DNA of 64,000 nucleotides from Paragordius varius (taxonomy: Eukaryota; Animalia; Nematomorpha): the NCBI GenBank assembly GCA_964247055.1, contig OZ176057.1, positions 1,054,001 through 1,118,000 on the forward strand. Reading direction: 5' to 3'. Every line of letters starts with the position of its first letter. The first letter of the stretch is position 1. This document shows, piece by piece, positions 1-14,848 of the stretch. Under the pieces are notes generated by a model, which was given only the letters and a program-made list of their open reading frames with translations, did no database searches and was not told the DNA's origin. Both the position numbers and the translations under genes were made by a program.

Positions 1-1483
1 GTATATAATAACTTACACTAAACTGTTTTTTTTCAGTTTTATAGGTTATAGATATTGTTCAATCAAGTGATTTTTATTAGTTCTTATTTTAAAATCTGTA
101 TATATACCATTTACACTTCAAATTTATTCTTGAACAATTCAAATTCCACCCTAAAAATATTATGTGTTTTGGGATAATATAACTCCTCATTAATATGAAA
201 TATATATTTACGGAATAGGTTTTCATTTTTTTGGCAAATTAATTTTAACAGAATTTCTTATTTTAAAAATATTATAAAAAAAGTAATTTTTAATCTTAAA
301 AAAACACATAATTTGTTTTAGGGTGAATTTGAATTGTTTGAGAGTGAATTTGAATTGTTCAAGAGTGAATTTGAATTGTAAATGGTATATATATATATAT
401 ATATATATACAGTATGAGTAAGTATACATTGCAATAAAGTTATAAATTATTGCCAAATAGTAAATACAATACAACAAAGGGGGCAGTATTAGTTTGTTAA
501 TAATAGTAAAAAGTGAAAAAAATAACTATAAGCCTATAATACTGCCCTTTGTTGTATTGTATTTACTATTTGGCAATAATTAATAACTTTTTTATATGAA
601 ACAAGCTTATATATATATAGATATATATATATATATATATATAACTTGAATAATATTTTGATTTTGGTTGAGTATGGAAAAATTGAAGTATAATATATTA
701 ATCAGCTGATTTGAATAGTGTAATTTTAATATTTTTCTGGTGGTGAGCGGTTTAAAGTACGCTTTTATATTCTATATTCATTAGAAATTTGAAAATTCAA
801 AAATTTGATTAAAAAAGAAACAAAAAGAAATAAATTATTTTTTTTCTGAAAATTATAAAATAAAAAAAAAATTTTTATGAATTCGTTTCATTAATTTGGT
901 TTTGATTCCAATTTCATTTCAATTATATCTATCATGTCATTTTAAATCCGAAAAATACATATAATTAATAATGCAAGTTATGCATTTTTACGTTCAATAT
1001 ACCATTTACAGCTCAAATTTATCCTCTTGAACAATTTAAAATCACCCTCAAATAAATTAAGTGTTTTTTAAGATTTAAAAATACCCATATTTAATTATAT
1101 TATTAAAAAATGAAATTTCGTTTGAAATTAGCATTTTATTAAACTAAAATAATAGACTATGCTATGAGGAAATAATTCATATTTATGATGAGTTATATTA
1201 GCTGCCCGAAAACATAATTTATTTTTAGGGTTGAATTTAAATTGTTCAAGGGTGAATTTGAATTGTTTGAGGGTTTATTACTTTGAGTTTGTTGTTTTAA
1301 CACTTTTCACAAAAGGTATAACAAATTCACCTTAAAGAATATTTAAAAAAAAGTTTTTTATATCAAAACACAAAATATGAAAATTAATTTATTTTTATTT
1401 TCGAGAAAAAAATCAATCCACTTTAAAAAAAACTTGTCAAGTTCCGTCTTTTTATTTTTAAATCATTTTCTGTTATTCTACAG

Positions 1484-4400
1484 GTGAATAATGCAACAGC
1501 TAAAGTACAACAAACTAATACACCTAAATTAAACAAGGTAGGACCCTTGCAACAATTTTCTGTGTTAAATTCCAGGGATATTTCTACGCTTAATTCGAAT
1601 CGTAAGTAGATTTTTTCTTATACATTATTTTATAGTAATTCGAATTGTAAGTTTATTTCGTTTACAATACTTTATAACAGTGGTGTTTAACAAAAATGGT
1701 TTTACGGGCTGAATTAAAAGGCCAACATTCCCAAAACACATATTTTATGGGAATTGAAAAAATATTTTATTAGATTTTAAATTTCAAACATAACAGTGTA
1801 AAAATTACAACATTTTTTCAAACATTTTCTGCTTGTTTTCTTGTTAATGACAAGATTTATTCAGAAAAAACTTGTTTACGAAAATATCAATTTTACTTTG
1901 ATTTTGTACTGGATGCCTGTCTGTTGAACACCATTTATTCAATTCAAGTTAAAAACAAAAAGACAAATAGTTTATTAGATTTCAAATATAAAAGTTTAAA
2001 TTATCATTTTTTATAACATTTTCTGCTTGTTTTCTTGTTAACGGCAAGATTTATTCAAAAAAAAACCTGGTTTAAAAAATATCAATTTTACTTTGATTTT
2101 GTAAAATTTTGAAGTGAGAATTTCTTGCGGGCTGCCTGCCTGTTGAAAACCACTTAATTAATTCATGGGCATAAAATGTTATAACTAAAAAACAAATATT
2201 TTTTTTACTCAAAAAACCCTACTTTTTCAAACCCTATTTTTTCCGATATAAATTTTTATCTGCATTTGTAAAATATATAATTGATTGTGTTACCAATTTA
2301 CACCACCATTTTATATTTTGCCATTTATAACGATTAAATAAATAAACAAGATTTAGAAAATGTAGCGGGTTTTTTGAAAAAAAACATTTGTATTATTATA
2401 TTGGAATTATAATTCAGCTAAAATTATATGAATTTAGTATATGAATTTTCGATTACTACGAGTAATCTTTTTCATAAAATTAAAATATATACTAAAATTT
2501 TTTACGTTTTATCTTTATATTTTTTTTGTTCTGGTATCTACTGTTTATAATATTTCTTTTTTATCAAAAAATTATGGACACAAAAGTTCTAATATAAAAT
2601 CAAAATTTTAAACTTGGTACATTAACAGTATGTACTCATTGATTAATTTATGTTGGCCAATAGTAATACCCTATGTTAATATATACCATTTAAAGTTTAA
2701 ATTCACCCTTGAACAATTAAAATTCAGTCTAAAATAAATTATTTATTTTTTAAAGTTAGCAATTCCTTTCATTTTATAATATATTGAGAAATATGAAATT
2801 CTGTTTAAAATTAATATAATGCTGAAAAAAAATAATTAACTCTCTCCAAAACATATATTTCATATTAATGATTAGTTATATTATCCCAAAAAAACACAAT
2901 TTATTTTTAGGGTCAATCTGAATTGTTCAAGGGGTGAATTCTAAGTGTTCAAGGGGTGAATTTGAATTGTTTAAGGGGAATTTGAATTGTTCTAGAAAAA
3001 TTTTGAATTGTAAATGGTATTATTTGAAGTAAAATTTTCTTTTGAAAGATGGGTAGAAAAAAACTTATTAAAATATCCACCATTTATATCCTCCTTTTTA
3101 AACCCCAAAAACATAAAAAATGTGCATACTCTTATTTGTTATAGTATCTATACTACATCCTGGCCTAAGCCTAATCAACAATCCCGCACCTAATCATCTT
3201 TTAAATCAAACGATGCCTTTGTTAACTCAAAACACGAATAATAATAATAATAGCATTGGAAACGCTCAATACATTAATGTATCTACAGGTCAAATTTTAA
3301 CACCCCATATGGATGTGGCCACAGGTCAAGTTGTGTTAAAACAACAACAGTTGGTTGGTAGTAATCAACAAACTTTACTCAATCTACAATCAACCCCATC
3401 GCTTTATGGTGAAAATTTGTTGGCTACTTTGTCATTATAACTTTTATATGAAAACTTATTTTTAAAAACGGTATTAAATAAAAAAAATTGCGTACGGTTT
3501 CAAACACTATATAAAAGACTTATTATCTGCTGTTCTATAAGTGTTTTTGTTTTAACTCCTTAACTAGATGTCCCTCTCCTCCTTGGGTAAAAAAAAATAA
3601 GGATGGATATGTTGAAATAATGGTTGTCCTTTATATAAAATTATTAAATAATGTTTTGCAGACGGACATCCTTTATGCAGTGTAAACTGTGTGCGCAATT
3701 TTTTATATTTATTTTATATGTGACGTTTTTAAATAATTTTCCATATATTAAACTATTTACGTGTCAATATATTCTACAATTTATCACATTAATTGTTTTG
3801 GACATTTAACAATGAGCTTTTTGATGATAGTATTATGATGTTTTATTCCTAATTTTTAAATAATGTGTTAAAAGTTAAAATCGTTGTAAGTTGAATTACT
3901 TTTTTAAACACTTATAGTTTGTTTGGGTTTTTTAGTTTAAAAACCCCAAATTGCCATTTTAGTTCTAATATTATTCTATATATTTGTATAATGTTTCACT
4001 TTTAATTATAATTAGAGGGTATTGATTTGATTATTAAGCTATAAATTTTTTTTTTCGCGATCGGGTTATCACGTGATGTCAGCCCTCTTTAATAATCAAA
4101 AAATAAATATTTTAATAATGAAACACAGTTCCAATGTAAGAGCCTTGTATTTTAACACCGAAAATTTTATTTTTAACTCTGTAAAAAGTATATTTATACT
4201 ATATGATAAGGGTTAAACATGTTTTAAATTATTTATAAAGTGATAAATTTAACTCTATAAACCGCTCCTTTAAATAAATACTTTTACCGTTTTGCATTGC
4301 AAAAAATGACATATAAAATTTTTTTTTACAATGCATGTTAATTTTAATAAATGCTTGTTGAGTTATTGTTAATGCTGCTTGCGTTTGTACAAAGATAGTC

Positions 4401-7400
4401 CAATTTTGACCAGTTCATTTATCTTTTTTTAGGTAAAAACAATAATAATATTTTAACCGCCATTTCAATACCATCTACCAATGGTCGGTCTTACCAATAC
4501 AATCATTCGACTGGTGAAGTTTTGAATAAAACAACATCTTTAACGGGCTTTACCAGTAGTACGGGTAAAACCCAAAGTAATCCCCTTCAACAAACTCAAA
4601 TGATTCAATGTATAAATCCACCATCTTCTTTACATATCAATCATCCTACTCATCAAATGCTAAATTATCCAGGAACTTCTAATATGGTTCAATTGGTTTT
4701 ACAACAATCACCAACTCCTTTAGTTTTAGCTAATAATACTAATCATCAAAATCAGCATCATATAAATTCAAATAATAATGTTAATTTGGCAACAGGCCAT
4801 CATAATCTCCTAAATCCAAGTTTGTTTGTGCTCTTTTATTATACGATTTGTGCTCGCTCTAATAAATTTTTTAGGGCAGTGAATATTGAATAACATTTTT
4901 ATGGGGTAACTTAAAAATATATATAGTAAGTACAATCATGTAATATACCATTTACTAATTCTTCCTTGAACAATATAAATCACCCTGAAATAAATTATGT
5001 GTTTTTGTAAGATTCAAAATTACCTGTATTATATTTATATTTTTTTATAAAATCAAATTATAAAAAAATAAGCGCCATAAAGATATATTTCATATTAATA
5101 ATGAGTTATTATATTAGCTGTTCGAAAACACATAATTTATTTAAAGGGTGATTTTGCATTGTTCGTGGGTGAATTTGAATTGTAAATGGTATATAATCAA
5201 TGAATTAAATTTAAATACGTAAAATACTAACAACACAGGGGTGTTCACAAATGGTTTTGCGGGCCGCACTAGAAATATTTTATTAGATTTTTTACATAAT
5301 ACTGTAAAATTTAAAACAATAAACAATTTTTCTGGTTTGTTGTCAATTGGATACACTTTTTTCAGAAAATTTGTTTAGGTATTATTAATTTTACTACTAA
5401 GATTTCATGAGTATATTCTTTCAATTATAAATTTCCAAATTTTTACCGCGTGTTGGACACCCCTGTATTAAATTATTGATTGAAATAACAGATTTATTAT
5501 CGACTTGTCCCTCCCACTTGTAGATTTGCGAATTTACTATTTTTAATTTAATAAAATATATATTACAGTAAAAATTGGAAGTATAAGGACAAAATATTAA
5601 AATATAAAGACACATATTTTTTTAAATCTTTATTTTTTTAAATATAAATCATTGTTTCAAATTGCAAATTATAAAAATGTTATGTATATTCATGACATCA
5701 ATTCTTTATAAAACAATTGTAATTAATAAATAGTTTATAGAGAAAAAAAATTAAGGTTTGAAAAAGTATGGGGTTGTCTTTTAGAATAAAGTATATGTCT
5801 TTATATTGCTACATTTGCTCCGTGCAATATCAGTTTATTTAATATTGCAATTTTTATTCTTCTTATGATAATAGATTTACTCACAAACGCTATTATTCAT
5901 CCAAATCAATTAATTTCACCGTCTCACAATACCTTGATGAATCAAATTAACTCATATGGATCTACAACTCATCCAACGTTAATTATACCTTCACCCACTG
6001 GTCTAACCCCCAATAATAATATGAATTCGAATATGAATTCTCAGGCTTTTATTCTAAATCCTATCAATTCGAATAATCAAAACACAAATAATCAAAGTAA
6101 TTTGAATAATTTAAGTAATTTAAGTCCTGTGCTACAACAAAATACTTTACAACATCAACAACAACACATTATAACAAATTACCCCTTGATGAATAATAAT
6201 GTGGCGAATATGTCATATATCCTAATTCAACCTACTAATCAACAGGTGAATAATGCAAATGCCATACAAAATTTTAATCAACTACCACCAGTTGTGAATA
6301 ATATGACAAATTTAATGGATGCCACTAAAAACCAACAAAGTTTAATAATGACAACTATTCCAAATTCCTTGATATTACCACCTGGAGGGCCAGGCCAAAA
6401 ATTGACTGGTAAGTTCCCTCTAAAATCGATAATTATCGAGTTTGTTTGGACAAAACTTAAAAATTTAAAAAAACAAATATTTTTAAGACACGCACACTTT
6501 AATCCGTGATATCTTCAATATACACTATTATGATTTTGTTATTTCCATTTTTTATTGTAAGGATCAATAGATTAATTATTTATGCAAAACAATAAAAGTT
6601 ATGATTATTTTAGAAAATCATTTTATGTCTTTTTATTTTTACGTTTTGTCTCTATATAACTAAATTTTTACTGTATTTAAATAGGAAAGTTTTTATTTAT
6701 ATATAGCTAAGAATAACATGATTATTTTTAGGGTGTATATCTGTAGCGCAAGTATGTGAACGGTTTTATGAAATGATTAATGGTGAATTTGAAGTGTTTA
6801 GGTATAAAATGTTAAATGGTGAATTTGAAGTCTTCAAATACGAATTGTTAAATGGTGAATTTGAAGTGTTGAGGAGAAATTTTTATGTTTAGAGGACCAA
6901 ATGACTCATGCATGGTGTTTGAGGGTGAAATCTAAGACAAAAAAATTTAACCATAAAAACCGCGTTTAAGTTGTTTAAGTTCTATTAATTATGGATGTAA
7001 TTAAAAGCTTTCATCTAAGATTATTGAATTCTTTCTGTATACTTATAATAAACATTTGAATCTTTACGTTTAAAGTTAACGACAAATTATATGTCATTCC
7101 ATTAATCTTTGTCTATTCATTTGGTTATGCCACATGATGTTTGGTTTTTTTATGTTATGTTTGATGTTGTCTTTTTTCGTTCGGTATACTAAGGAGGGTG
7201 TTTTTTGCGGTTTATATTTCATAGTTTTAATTGAGTGATTGGTTTTTCTTTGCTCTGTGTCGAGCAAAAATATCTTAGTCTGTTCTTTCGTTTGATTTAC
7301 AATTATTTTATGTTTGTATTGAGAGTTCTTTTGTTACATTGTTGTCAGAAAAACCAACTTTAAGTACCTTATTTCCTGTATTTAGCATTTTGGCAAGGTT

Positions 7401-8482
7401 TCTAGGGCAGATAAAATTTAAAACATTTGGCCTATACCCCATGAAATTACATCTTTATTTCTTCTATAATTATTTTATGTCAATTATATAAGTTTTGATA
7501 ACAACAAAAAATATGGCTTATAATATCAATAAAACTAAATTATTGTTTTTGTGATATTTAGATGGCGGATTGTTAATTAGATAATGATCGGCAAGAGATT
7601 ATTTAAAAATTAATTACATTTAAACATTGTCACCAGAAAATTTATTTGGATCATTTTTTAATAATTGCATTTTTTACCGTGATTATATAAAGTAATAATT
7701 AATCAAAAAAAGTTATACTGGAAGAAAAATTCTCATCTCAAACTTTTTGCCGCCAAATATTTTTTTTGAAAAAAAAATTTTTGAGAACTACACAAAATTT
7801 CCATATAAAATTCGTTAAATAATTTTTTTTTACATTTTTAAATTTTAATAAAATCAATATCATTATAAATAATGGTAAAGGTAAAAAATTAATTTATTTG
7901 TAAATTTTACACAATTATTTTAATATAAAATTATAATTTTAAAAAAATTATTTATTTTTTTAACTTTATAATAAAATGTCATAAATAATGGTTAAAGATA
8001 AAAAATATTTTTTTTTATATTTTTAAAACTTTAAATTTTAATAAAAATGTGATTATAAATAATGGTTAAAGGTAAAAAATTAATTTTAATTGTAATAAAA
8101 AAATAAAAGCAATTATATATTAATTTAAATACAGAAAATTTAAAAATTTACATCATCAACATAATTACATTCACTAAAAATTTATTTGAAAATAATTTTA
8201 AGTTTAAAAGCAAAAAATTATTTTTTTTAACTTTTTTCCCCAGTTTTTAATCAATTATATATAGCACTTTATACTTAAATAAATGCTTAATCTTTAATTA
8301 CCATTTACAATGCAAATTCACCCTTGAACAATTCAAATTCACCCTCGAACAATTCAAATTCCCAAAAATAAATTATGTGTTTTTTAAATTTCTAATTACC
8401 TATATATTTTTATATTTTTAAAAATATAATATTGTTTAAATTTAAATTAATACTGAAAAAAATAATAAACTATGTCATGAAG

Positions 8483-8513
<31 letters not shown>

Positions 8514-8715
8514 ATATTAATGTTAAGTTATATTAGCCCTAATATTTATAATTTATTTTTAAGGTCAATTTTAATTGTTTTAGGGTAAATTTGAATTTTT
8601 TAAGGGTGATTTCCAATTGTTTAAGGGTAATTTTGAATTGTTCATTGGTGAATTTGAATTGTTCATTGGTGAATTTGAATTTGTTCAAGGTGAATTTGAA
8701 AACTCACTTATTAAC

Positions 8716-8759
<44 letters not shown>

Positions 8760-11709
8760 TTTTACAATTTACTGTGCAAATTATATAGGCGCAACTTATT
8801 TAAACAACTCAGTTAAACCTTTAAATACCAGCCAAATTTCTTCTCAATATCAACCACAAAACAATAATAATATAAATAATAATTTACAGTTTTTGAATAA
8901 TAATACTAATAATATAGCTGTTAATGGAGGAAATACTAATAAATTTATTTGCTTGGATATAAATGGCACACCTTATTTAGTTTTGAATGCAAATACTGCA
9001 AACCTAAATCCTGTTGCAGTAAGTTTTTAGAAATTTATATAAAAATCAAAAATTTAATATAGTAGAGAATAGTAGAAAGAAAAATACATTTTGAATTCCT
9101 TAGGTTTTTTTTCATTAATGTATACAGTCATGTATCCTTTATTTTATCGAAAATTATTATTTGTTAAATAGGGGAGGTATAAATAATTGGTAAAGAATGG
9201 AAAAAACAAGAGCTCTATGGTACTACAGTCATGTATCCTTTATTTTATCAATTTTTTTTTATTTTCGTTAAATGGGGGGTATAAATATTTGGTAAAGAAT
9301 GGAAAAAACAAGAGCTGTATGGTATTAATAATATATCATATTCATTTAAAATTTATTTTTTTTTCGTTAAATGGGGGCTATAAATATTTAGTAAAGAATG
9401 GAAATAACAAGAGCTCTATGGTATTAACTATATGTCATATTCATCAAAAAAGTATAAGAATTACCATAGAGCTCTTGTTTTTTCCATTCTTCAAATATTT
9501 TACCCATTAAACGAAAAAAAAATAATTTTTTTATAAAGTAAAGGATACATGACTGTAAGATACTCTTTAGTAGGTAAGATAAAATCTATGTTTTGAAATT
9601 TAAAATAAATACTAGATTAATTTCCAAAAAAAATGATAAAAAATGTTAACTTTAATAAATTTTTATAATTTTTTTAGTTTAAAATTTAGAGAAAGGTATG
9701 ATATAACATTTGCAATTCAAATTCACCCTAAAAATATATGATATATTTTCGGGCACTAATATAACTCTTTAAGTAATATGAATTTTATTCTAATGACATA
9801 GTTTATTATTATTTCAGTATTATGTTAATTTTAAACAAAATTTTATTTTTTCAAAAAAAATATCAAATAATATAGGTAATTTTTTAACTTTGAAAAAACA
9901 CATAATTTATTTTAGGGGTGAATTTGAATTGTAAATGGTATATAATCAGCAGCTCTTTGTTTATATACAGTAGCGTATGGCTTAAAACAATATTAGTCCA
10001 TAAAAGAATAAAAAATGTTTTTTCAAAAAAACAAGGGGATGTTATGGATATGTGTACATACAAATAGGCTTGCTCTTCCTTTTATGGAGACTAATATTGT
10101 TTTATGCCATACGCTACTGTAAATGAAACATTGTTTATTGTTACAATTTCTTAAACAAATTAAATCTCTATCTCCATTTGTTTAACAAATTACAATCAGA
10201 TTCATGAAAATGATGATTGCGAATAAATAAATGGAATACCAAATGAGAAAAAAAATAATAAGCACTTGATTAAAAAAATTTATAATAAATACACCATCTA
10301 CGAACCTTATGAAGCTTTTTTGTTGAATATCTACTTACAGATTTAACATATAATTTTTAACCATGTGCTAATCGTTTTTTTTAATTTAAATATTCATTAG
10401 TTATTACTTGATAAACAATGATTTTACTATATATATATATATCATTTCAATGTGGCCCGCGAAACCATATTTGTTTGACACTACTGCGATAGGTTAATAC
10501 CATTTACAATTCAAATTCACCCTTAAACAATTTAAATTCACCCTCAAATAAATTATATGTTTTAAATTAAAATTTACTATATTTTTATATATTTTCAAAA
10601 AATTATGTTTCAAATTAAAATCATATTGAAAGAATAATAAACTATGCCATAAATATATATTTTCATGCTAATAATGAGTTATATTAGTTCGAAAACACAT
10701 AATTTATTTTTAGGATGAACTTGAATTGTTCAAGGGTGAATTTGAACTGTGAATACGTTTTTATTCTTTTATCTTTAATTTATAATTTCATTTTCAATTA
10801 GTTAACTGGCATACAAAATTCAATTATATATGGTGGTCTCCCTAGCCTCAATAATGAAACAAATGTGTGCAATAATGGCATAAATAGTAATAATCAACTT
10901 TTACTAAATACCAACACTACTGGGCAAAATCCTTCAAATTCATTAATCCGCAATTTAACTGGAACGGTAATTATATATATATTTATAAATACCATTTACA
11001 GTTCAAATTCACTCTTGATCAATACAAATTCACCACACTAAAATAAATTATGTGTTTTTTAAAGTTAAAAATTACCTATATAAAATAAAATTTTGTTAAA
11101 AATTATTATAATACTGAAAAAAATAATAAAGTATGCCATAATTATATTATTCATATTAATGCCGAATTATTTTAGGTCGAAAACACATAATTTATTTTAA
11201 GGGTGAATTTGAATTGTTTAAGAGTGAATTTTAATTGTAATATACAGTATACATTATATATAATTATTTTATTTTGAAAAAGGAATTATATTTTATTTAT
11301 AATATATTTATATGCGGACATAAAAGTTTTTACGCATTAAAATGTTCTAAAATAATTTTTTTAATTTAATTTTCTCGATTTATAATATATTTATTGAGAA
11401 AATATTTTCTTTTGAAAACCACTTGTTTGTTTCAAACTAATTTTTTCCAATTGACAATATAATTAATTATAATATAAATGTTTTCAACAACGAAATATTG
11501 CAATTAATAACCAGAAAACCTATATTTTATTAGATTCCTTGTTAGAATCTTATTAAAATAAATTATTTATTAAGAACCTAATAAAGATATTCAATGTGTG
11601 AATGGTTAAAAGTTAATATGGATTGAAAGTGGTTTAATCAAAAGAATAAGTTAAAAATGAATTATAAAAAAGTTTAAATACATTTTTAAGAACCAACTTG
11701 AAGGGCAAA

Positions 11710-11743
<34 letters not shown>

Positions 11744-13880
11744 TCAAAAATAAAATTATAAACTTTTAAAACTATGTTTTAATACATTTAATCTAAAATA
11801 ATAGAAATTTACAATAATTTTTTGTCTATATTCTATTAATAAGATTCAAATTTTTTAATAAAAAAAATTTTAAATGACATTTTATTGTTCATATACAGTA
11901 GCGTATGGCATAAAACAATGTATATTCATAATAGAATAAAAAAATGTTGATTTTAAAAATCTACCCTAATTATATATACATATATTTTTAATATCCTCTC
12001 TTGTTCATCCTAAAAAAACATTTTTTAATCATTTATGGACTAACATCGTTTTATGTCATACGTTACTGTATATTTGCATTGTAATACCAAGGATATATGT
12101 TTAAAAAAATCGCCTTTTTATGATTTATATTTTTTCTCTATTATAGCAAATATACCAACAATATAATTCAAATAAACCTGGAAATAATAACCTTTATACC
12201 AAAAATTTGACACTTCAAAATTATACGGACCCTAACCTCAATAAATCGGGTTCAAGTTAATTTTTTTATTTTTTATTCAGTTTTTCATAAAAAATTTTAT
12301 ATTTTGATTTGAATTCATTAAAATATTCCTATTTTCCTAAGCCTGCTTTGCATGTGAAATTTCTAACTTATAATGTGTGTTTTTTCATTAATATATTTTC
12401 ATAAATGTGAAATTAATTTTTCAGTAAGTATATCGCCAATATTTTACATTTTAAAATTAAAATGTATATTGGTAGAAATAAATAAACTTAATAAATTGAA
12501 ATAAATTAAGTTAACTTTTATTTAACCCGATATATTCTTTTGCTAAAGAAAGACAATAAAATTATAACCTAAAACACGATACGTTTCCTTGAAATAATAT
12601 TTTTAAATATGAATAAATATTTTTGCAATAAAATAATATTATTTAACCCATTTTGTCCTTTTAATATGTATCCTTACACGTATTTTTGTCTTTATATTTT
12701 TTTCTCAATTTTACCTGTAATGTTTATAATGTCATTTAGCAGTTAACCTGAATGTTGGACAACAATCCCATATAAACAATAATTTTGTTTTAACGTCAGA
12801 ATCGGTTAGTTTTAAATTATATTAATAAATACTTTTTTTCAATATATTTTATTGTTTAATGCAAAAAAATATTTTAAAAAACTTATATAATATCAAAAAA
12901 GTGTGAAAATAATTTTATATATCTGCATATTTTTTTAATTTATACTTAGATTGCAAATCAAATCATAACGAACCAGCAAATTGCTATTGCCCAGGCCAAA
13001 GCTGCACAAACTAACACGTAACTAATTTGATTTTTTTAAAAGATTTTTTTTTCATATTCAAAAAAATTATTTTGATTTTTGATTAAAAAAAAATTGATAG
13101 AAAAAATAATTATCAATTGATGTAAACTACTGTTTTATCATTTTAAAATAGTTGTTGTTTTATATAATTTATGATAATTGTGCTTTTAAATTAATATTGT
13201 TGAATGTAACCAGTATACTATCTCAATGAAGTATGTCATATTTTTTCGAATGAAAAAATTGTAAATTTGATTAACAGGAAAACGATATTGCCAGTATATT
13301 AGAAATAGAGAATGGTAAAATATGCAGTTGATTTTTAACTAATTTCTATTTATTTATTGGATTGCTATGATTTTTCAATTTTAATAAAAAGTATATAAGG
13401 AAGGATTTTTTAAATGCTCTACTATACTATATAATTAATTTCCTAAAAAGAAATTCCAAAAAACATATGTTATAAAAATTATAACGGTTATTTTAATTAC
13501 TCAATAATACATATATATAAAAATTGCATACAAATAAAATTAAATAAATATGGTTTTTTTCTATAAACAAAATACTTTTACAATAATAATGTATAGACAA
13601 ATGTTAAAAATTCAAGTTGATTTTCATTATTACACTTTTTAAACCCCTTAGTATTTTCTATTTAAACTATGTATTTGAAATTAAAAATACATATAATTGA
13701 TTGTGTGTTACCAATTTAATTTTATGCAAAAAACGATTTTCTTTTTTAAAAAAATTTAGTTTTCTAATCAATTTTAATTCTTTTCATAGGTCATCCATAG
13801 AGATATCATATTTAATGGAAAATCAAGGCACATCATACTCAACTATGTCGAAATCTAATACAACACATAATTATGTATAA
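1484..13880 (+). CDS. 3' portion (676 aa in window) of an Asn/Gln/Ser/Thr-rich low-complexity, prion-like protein; 5' exons lie upstream of the window or are unresolved
   Basis: Exons 1484-1601, 3145-3408, 4433-4819, 5875-6408, 8789-9018, 10802-10966, 12147-12255, 12740-12804, 12950-13017, 13790-13880 (TAA). All introns are GT..AG, phases chain (1,1,1,1,0,0,1,0,2), and the total of 2031 nt = 677 codons has no internal stop. The larger exons match ORF-track entries 3120, 4522, 5865 and 8617. No recognisable folded domain. Confidence 0.8.
9125..9555. mobile_element. MITE family E (TIR CAGTCATGTATCCTT), with an internally duplicated arm
   Basis: TIR pair flanked by TA, with a second left end at 9226. 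A shorter copy lies at 40976-41171. Confidence 0.8.
9968..10119. mobile_element. MITE family C (TIR CAGTAGCGTATGGC..TAAAACAAT, TA flanks)
   Basis: ~40-bp TIR flanked by TA on both sides. Further copies at 11896-12068 and 20130-20276, and a diverged one at 34696-34804. Confidence 0.85.
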
Positions 13881-14650
13881 TTTTATTTTAAAATTTAATT
13901 ATCTGAAATATTGTTATATATGATTTATGAATTTTTATATGAAACTCAGTTAAAGTTAATTAAATTGTATTATGTTAGTATAATTTATACATACTTATAC
14001 CATTTACAATTACAATTACCCTTAATCAAAATTCACCCTTGAACAATTAAAATTCACCCTCAAATAAATTATATGTTTTTTAAGATTAAAAAGTGCCTAT
14101 ATTTTTATATATATTTAAAAATAAAATTTTGTTCTAAATTAAAATAATACTGAAAAAATAATAAACTACAAAATATATTTTATATTAATATTGAGTTATA
14201 TTAGTTCAAAAACATTTATTTTTAGGGTGAATTTGAATTGTTCAAAGATTTTCAACTGTAAATGGTATATGTAAACTGTAGGTATTTAAAAATATAGTTA
14301 AGATAATTATTTAATTTTAAAATTTATTATACTATATAATTTATACCTTTTTTATTTTTTAAAAAAAATATGTTTATAGAATTTATATCAACAATCATCT
14401 AAGTCAAATAACCGATTTTCACCGTATTGATTGATTTTTTGAATGGCAAAAATAGAAATGTCAAAAATACTTTTAATCATACATATATTATACATATTGC
14501 AATTTTTGTTTAAAAAAATTACACAATTATAATTTGAGTGCAATATAATTAATGTATTTGTATATATATCTATACTGTGAATCAATCTTAACGCGTAAAC
14601 CTATATTATTGTAATTTTTAACCCATGGTAATTATATGTTTTTAAATTTA

Positions 14651-14848
14651 CAGTATGAGTAAGTATCATTGCTAGAAAGTTATTAATTATTGTCAAATAG
14701 TAATAAATACAACAAAGGGCAGTATTATTGGCTTATAGTTATTTTTTTCATTTTTAACTATTATTAGCCAATAATAAATCTCTTTGCTGCATATGCCATT
14801 TGGCAATAATTAATGCTAACTCTAGCAATATATACATTTTCATACTAT
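14651..14848. mobile_element. MITE family D (CAGTATGAGTAAGTAT..)
   Basis: The same sequence occurs at 410-600 and as a right half ending at 29971 (..CTCATACTG-TA). There is an internal inverted segment TTATTGCCAAAT/ATTTGGCAATAA. Confidence 0.7.

Noticed and set aside
45-66. Possible microexon VIDIVQS for gene 1
   Set aside because: It ends in phase 1 whereas the exon at 1484 needs phase 0, so it cannot be supported from this window.
7559-7570. YY1-like AGATGGCGG motif (also ~45852)
   Set aside because: A short motif with no promoter context, plausible by chance.
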